From positions 39,372 to 71,371 of the forward strand of contig JACPHJ010000152.1 of assembly GCA_016188675.1 (NCBI GenBank): 32,000 nt of DNA, read 5' to 3'. Made by a program: the position numbers and the translations under genes. Positions 31,943 to 32,000 of this stretch are shown one piece after another (within the stretch, counting starts at the first letter, position 1; each line of letters starts with the position of its first letter). The notes beneath the pieces were generated by a model. That model did not search any database, had not been told where the DNA came from, and saw nothing but the letters and a program-made list of their open reading frames with translations. The DNA comes from Planctomycetota bacterium (lineage in GTDB: Bacteria; Planctomycetota; Brocadiia; Brocadiales; Brocadiaceae).

Positions 31943-32000
31943 ATGACAGAAGAAATAAAAATAACAAAAAAAACCAGTATCGGAGACGTAATAAAACAAT
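31943..32000 (+). CDS. 5' end of an ORF running off the right edge (MTEEIKITKKTSIGDVIKQ...), possibly DUF1858-like
   Basis: TAGGAGA SD about 9 nt upstream of the ATG. The N-terminus resembles the ITKDMTIGEVL start of DUF1858 proteins. Only 19 codons are visible. Confidence 0.3.
   Translation, partial: MTEEIKITKKTSIGDVIKQ

Overview
Bacterial chromosomal window, moderately AT-rich. Genes run on the + strand up to about 29.3 kb, then on the - strand. No rRNA, tRNA, CRISPR array, transposase or integrase was recognised.

From left to right:
1. A DUF559 gene fragment at the left edge, then a ParA-like ATPase packed tightly against a TonB-dependent receptor and a PF04392-type periplasmic binding protein.
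2. A 1403-aa multi-PAS/GAF sensor histidine kinase with a sigma54-type (NtrC-like) response regulator.
3. A PAS/HD-GYP c-di-GMP phosphodiesterase, followed by a DUF2325 protein and a small zinc-ribbon protein.
4. The most interesting locus: holo-ACP synthase, a B12-binding radical SAM enzyme, a complete FabF-type ketosynthase and a ketosynthase paralog that has lost all catalytic residues.
5. An AT-rich, repeat-laden stretch with an orphan DUF2971 gene and a FapA/DUF342 gene.
6. A FadH-like flavin/Fe-S dienoyl reductase, a crotonase, FabG and a muconolactone-isomerase-fold protein.
7. A second module of outer-membrane beta-barrel, periplasmic binding protein and membrane sensor, here ending in a GGDEF cyclase.
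8. hemA and a CcsA/HemX-like membrane protein on the - strand.

The split acyl-chain cluster (items 4 and 6) resembles the candidate ladderane or unusual-lipid loci proposed for anammox Planctomycetes. That organism assignment is inference only. Intergenic regions carry at least six families of REP-like hairpins and palindromes. All coordinates and motif reads are manual, and no database search was possible.
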